DNA of 64,000 nucleotides, taken from positions 1,488,001 through 1,552,000 of the forward strand of contig CM059433.1 in NCBI GenBank assembly GCA_030390025.1, read 5' to 3'. The notes beneath the pieces are model-generated. The model searched no databases. It saw only the letters and a list, made by a program, of their open reading frames with translations, and had not been told where the DNA came from. Shown piece by piece: positions 62,245 to 64,000 of the stretch (position 1 is its first letter; the number at the start of each line of letters is the position of its first letter). The DNA comes from Squalus acanthias. Its lineage: Eukaryota. A program made the translations under genes and the position numbers.

Positions 62245-62485
62245 CTTGACATCATGGCCGGTCTTCCCAGGTGTTTTTTTTGGGTTTTTTTTTGGTGTTT
62301 TTTTTTAAAAAGGCTAACACAAGAACACAAATTGACAGGATATGCAGCCAGCAGGTGGTTTGACACGTTGGACCCCCTGGGACACATCTCATTGTCTTGG
62401 CTGTGCTCTTTGTTGTAGCGAATAATGTGAATAGATTTTGTCTGGGTTTAAATTGTGAATTCTGGGAGATTCTCTCATTGCTAAC

Positions 62486-62523
62486 TTACCTGACGAAGGA
62501 GCGACAGCTCCGAAAGCTTGTAA
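62486..62523 (+). ncRNA. Minimal type-I hammerhead ribozyme motif (downstream repeat)
   Basis: Identical to 59442..59479. Confidence 0.82.
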
Positions 62524-62571
62524 AATTAAATAAATCCGTTGGACTATAATCTGGTGTTGTGCGACTTCTCA

Positions 62572-62911
62572 TGGTTATTGAAAGGTCTGGTTATTGAAAG
62601 GACCTGGTTATTGAAAGGCCTGGTTATTGAAAGGACCTGGTTATTGAAAGGCCTGGTTATTGAAAGGCCTGGTTATTGAAAGGCCTGATTATTGAAAGGG
62701 CCTGGTTATTGAAAGGACCTGGTTATTGAAAGGCCTGGTTACTGAAAGGACCTGGTTATTGAAAGGGTCTGGTTATTGAAAGGGCCTGGTTATTGAAAGG
62801 ACCTGGTTATTGAAAGGCCTGGTTATTGAAAGGGTCTGGTTATTGAAAGGGTCTGGTTATTGAAAGGACCTGGGTATTGAAAGGGTCTGGGTATTGAAAG
62901 GGTCTGGGTAT
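62572..62911. repeat. 16-17-bp minisatellite ctggttattgaaagg(c/ac/gt); further units at 58656..58706
   Basis: About 20 tandem units visible directly. Confidence 0.95.
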
Positions 62912-63571
62912 TTGGCAAATTTAAAAAAAAGTCAAGGGAAATATCATGCATCATTTCATCGTCAAGATGTCATGTGGAAACGATATGTTGTGATGCATCG
63001 TCATGTCATGTGTTTCCAAACAAACAAATAAAAGGTTTGCCAAACAGTTTTTCATTAAGTTGTTACCTTTTTAAAGATGCAGTGACCTGCAGTCATCAGA
63101 TAATTAAACACCTGTCACATTAGGTACGTACAGCAGCGAAGGATGCAATGTTTAACAGTTGGTGCCACTCAGATCTTGGCAGTGTTAATGTAAATGAGAC
63201 AGCTTACAACCGCTCACCTTACATTGGTTCTGCTTTGTACCAGTGACAGGTGGGGAGCCCATCTTTCTCTACTTCTTTAACTTTGGTAGAACAGGAAGCT
63301 ACTATTTCTGCTAATTAAAAAGAACTGGCTGTCCCATCAACTCTTTTCAGTGAGTAGGAAACACAACAGCAGTAGACTAGTAAATCCCACACTCTGCATG
63401 TATTCAGTGAGCAGGTGTGGGGTTTAGCTCCCACCTACTCTGTGGTGTCGTGCATGGGCAGCAGAGCTGGCAACTCCCCTCCTTGTGTCGCTGCTCAAAT
63501 GACGCCAACAAGGCACAGGCATTGATGGTGAGCAGCAGTGTGTCTTTTTCATGGGAATGAGACCAGGGATG

Positions 63572-64000
63572 GAATGGTGAGACCGGGGACAGGATGGTGA
63601 GACCGGGACAGAATGGTGAGACCGGGGACAGAATGGTGAGACCGGGACAGAATGGTGAGACCGGGGACAGGATGGTGAAACCGGGGACAGAATGGTGAGA
63701 CCGGGGACAGAATGGTGAGACCGGGGACAGGATGGTGAGACCAGGGACAGAATGGTGAGACCGGGGACAGAATGGTGAGACCGGGGATAGAATGGTGAGA
63801 CCGGGAATAGAATGGTGAGACGGGGGACAGAATGGTGAGACTGGGGACAGAATGGTAAGACCTGGGACAGAATGGTGAGACCGGGGATAGAATGGTGAGA
63901 CCGGGGACAGAATGGTGAGACCGGGGACAGAATGGTGAGACCAGGGACAGAATGGTGAGACCGGGGACAGAATGGTGAGACTGGGGATAGAATGGTGAGA
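63572..64000. repeat. 19-20-bp minisatellite gaatggtgagaccggggaca, running off the window end
   Basis: More than 20 tandem units visible directly. Confidence 0.95.

Larger units (their letters stand above)
58706..62572 (+). mobile_element. Near-full-length Penelope-like element (Neptune-type) in partial-tandem (pseudo-LTR) arrangement
   Basis: Near-identical direct repeats 58706..59528 and 61746..62572 enclose the complete ORF. Confidence 0.96.

Noticed and set aside
62572..64000. Short repeats as CRISPR arrays
   Set aside because: Contiguous tandem units with no unique spacers, no cas genes, eukaryotic context.

Overview
Repeat-dense eukaryotic DNA, most likely from a shark or other cartilaginous fish (inferred from SacSINE1/DeuSINE-like SINEs and the CR1, L2 and Penelope content). 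No host protein-coding gene could be recognised. The window is a mosaic of mobile elements. Penelope-like (Neptune-type) retroelements: one near-full-length partial-tandem copy, one copy with an inverted terminal repeat and an open 649-codon RT+GIY-YIG frame, several fragments, and a 131-bp palindromic mini-insertion. Non-LTR elements: RTE LINEs (one with a ~158-bp target duplication, two with 5' inversions), CR1, L2, a CR1/L2-group LINE family and an R2-like relic. DNA transposons: a decayed two-gene PIF/Harbinger element and many Harbinger-type MITEs with 3-bp target duplications. There are also three tandem arrays. The strongest non-ORF signal is a set of minimal type-I hammerhead ribozyme motifs in the Penelope terminal repeats. 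They show compensatory base changes between subfamilies and are followed by a second covarying stem and recurrent insertion endpoints near the ORF start codon. All alignments and translations beyond the supplied ORF track were done by eye, so boundaries are approximate.
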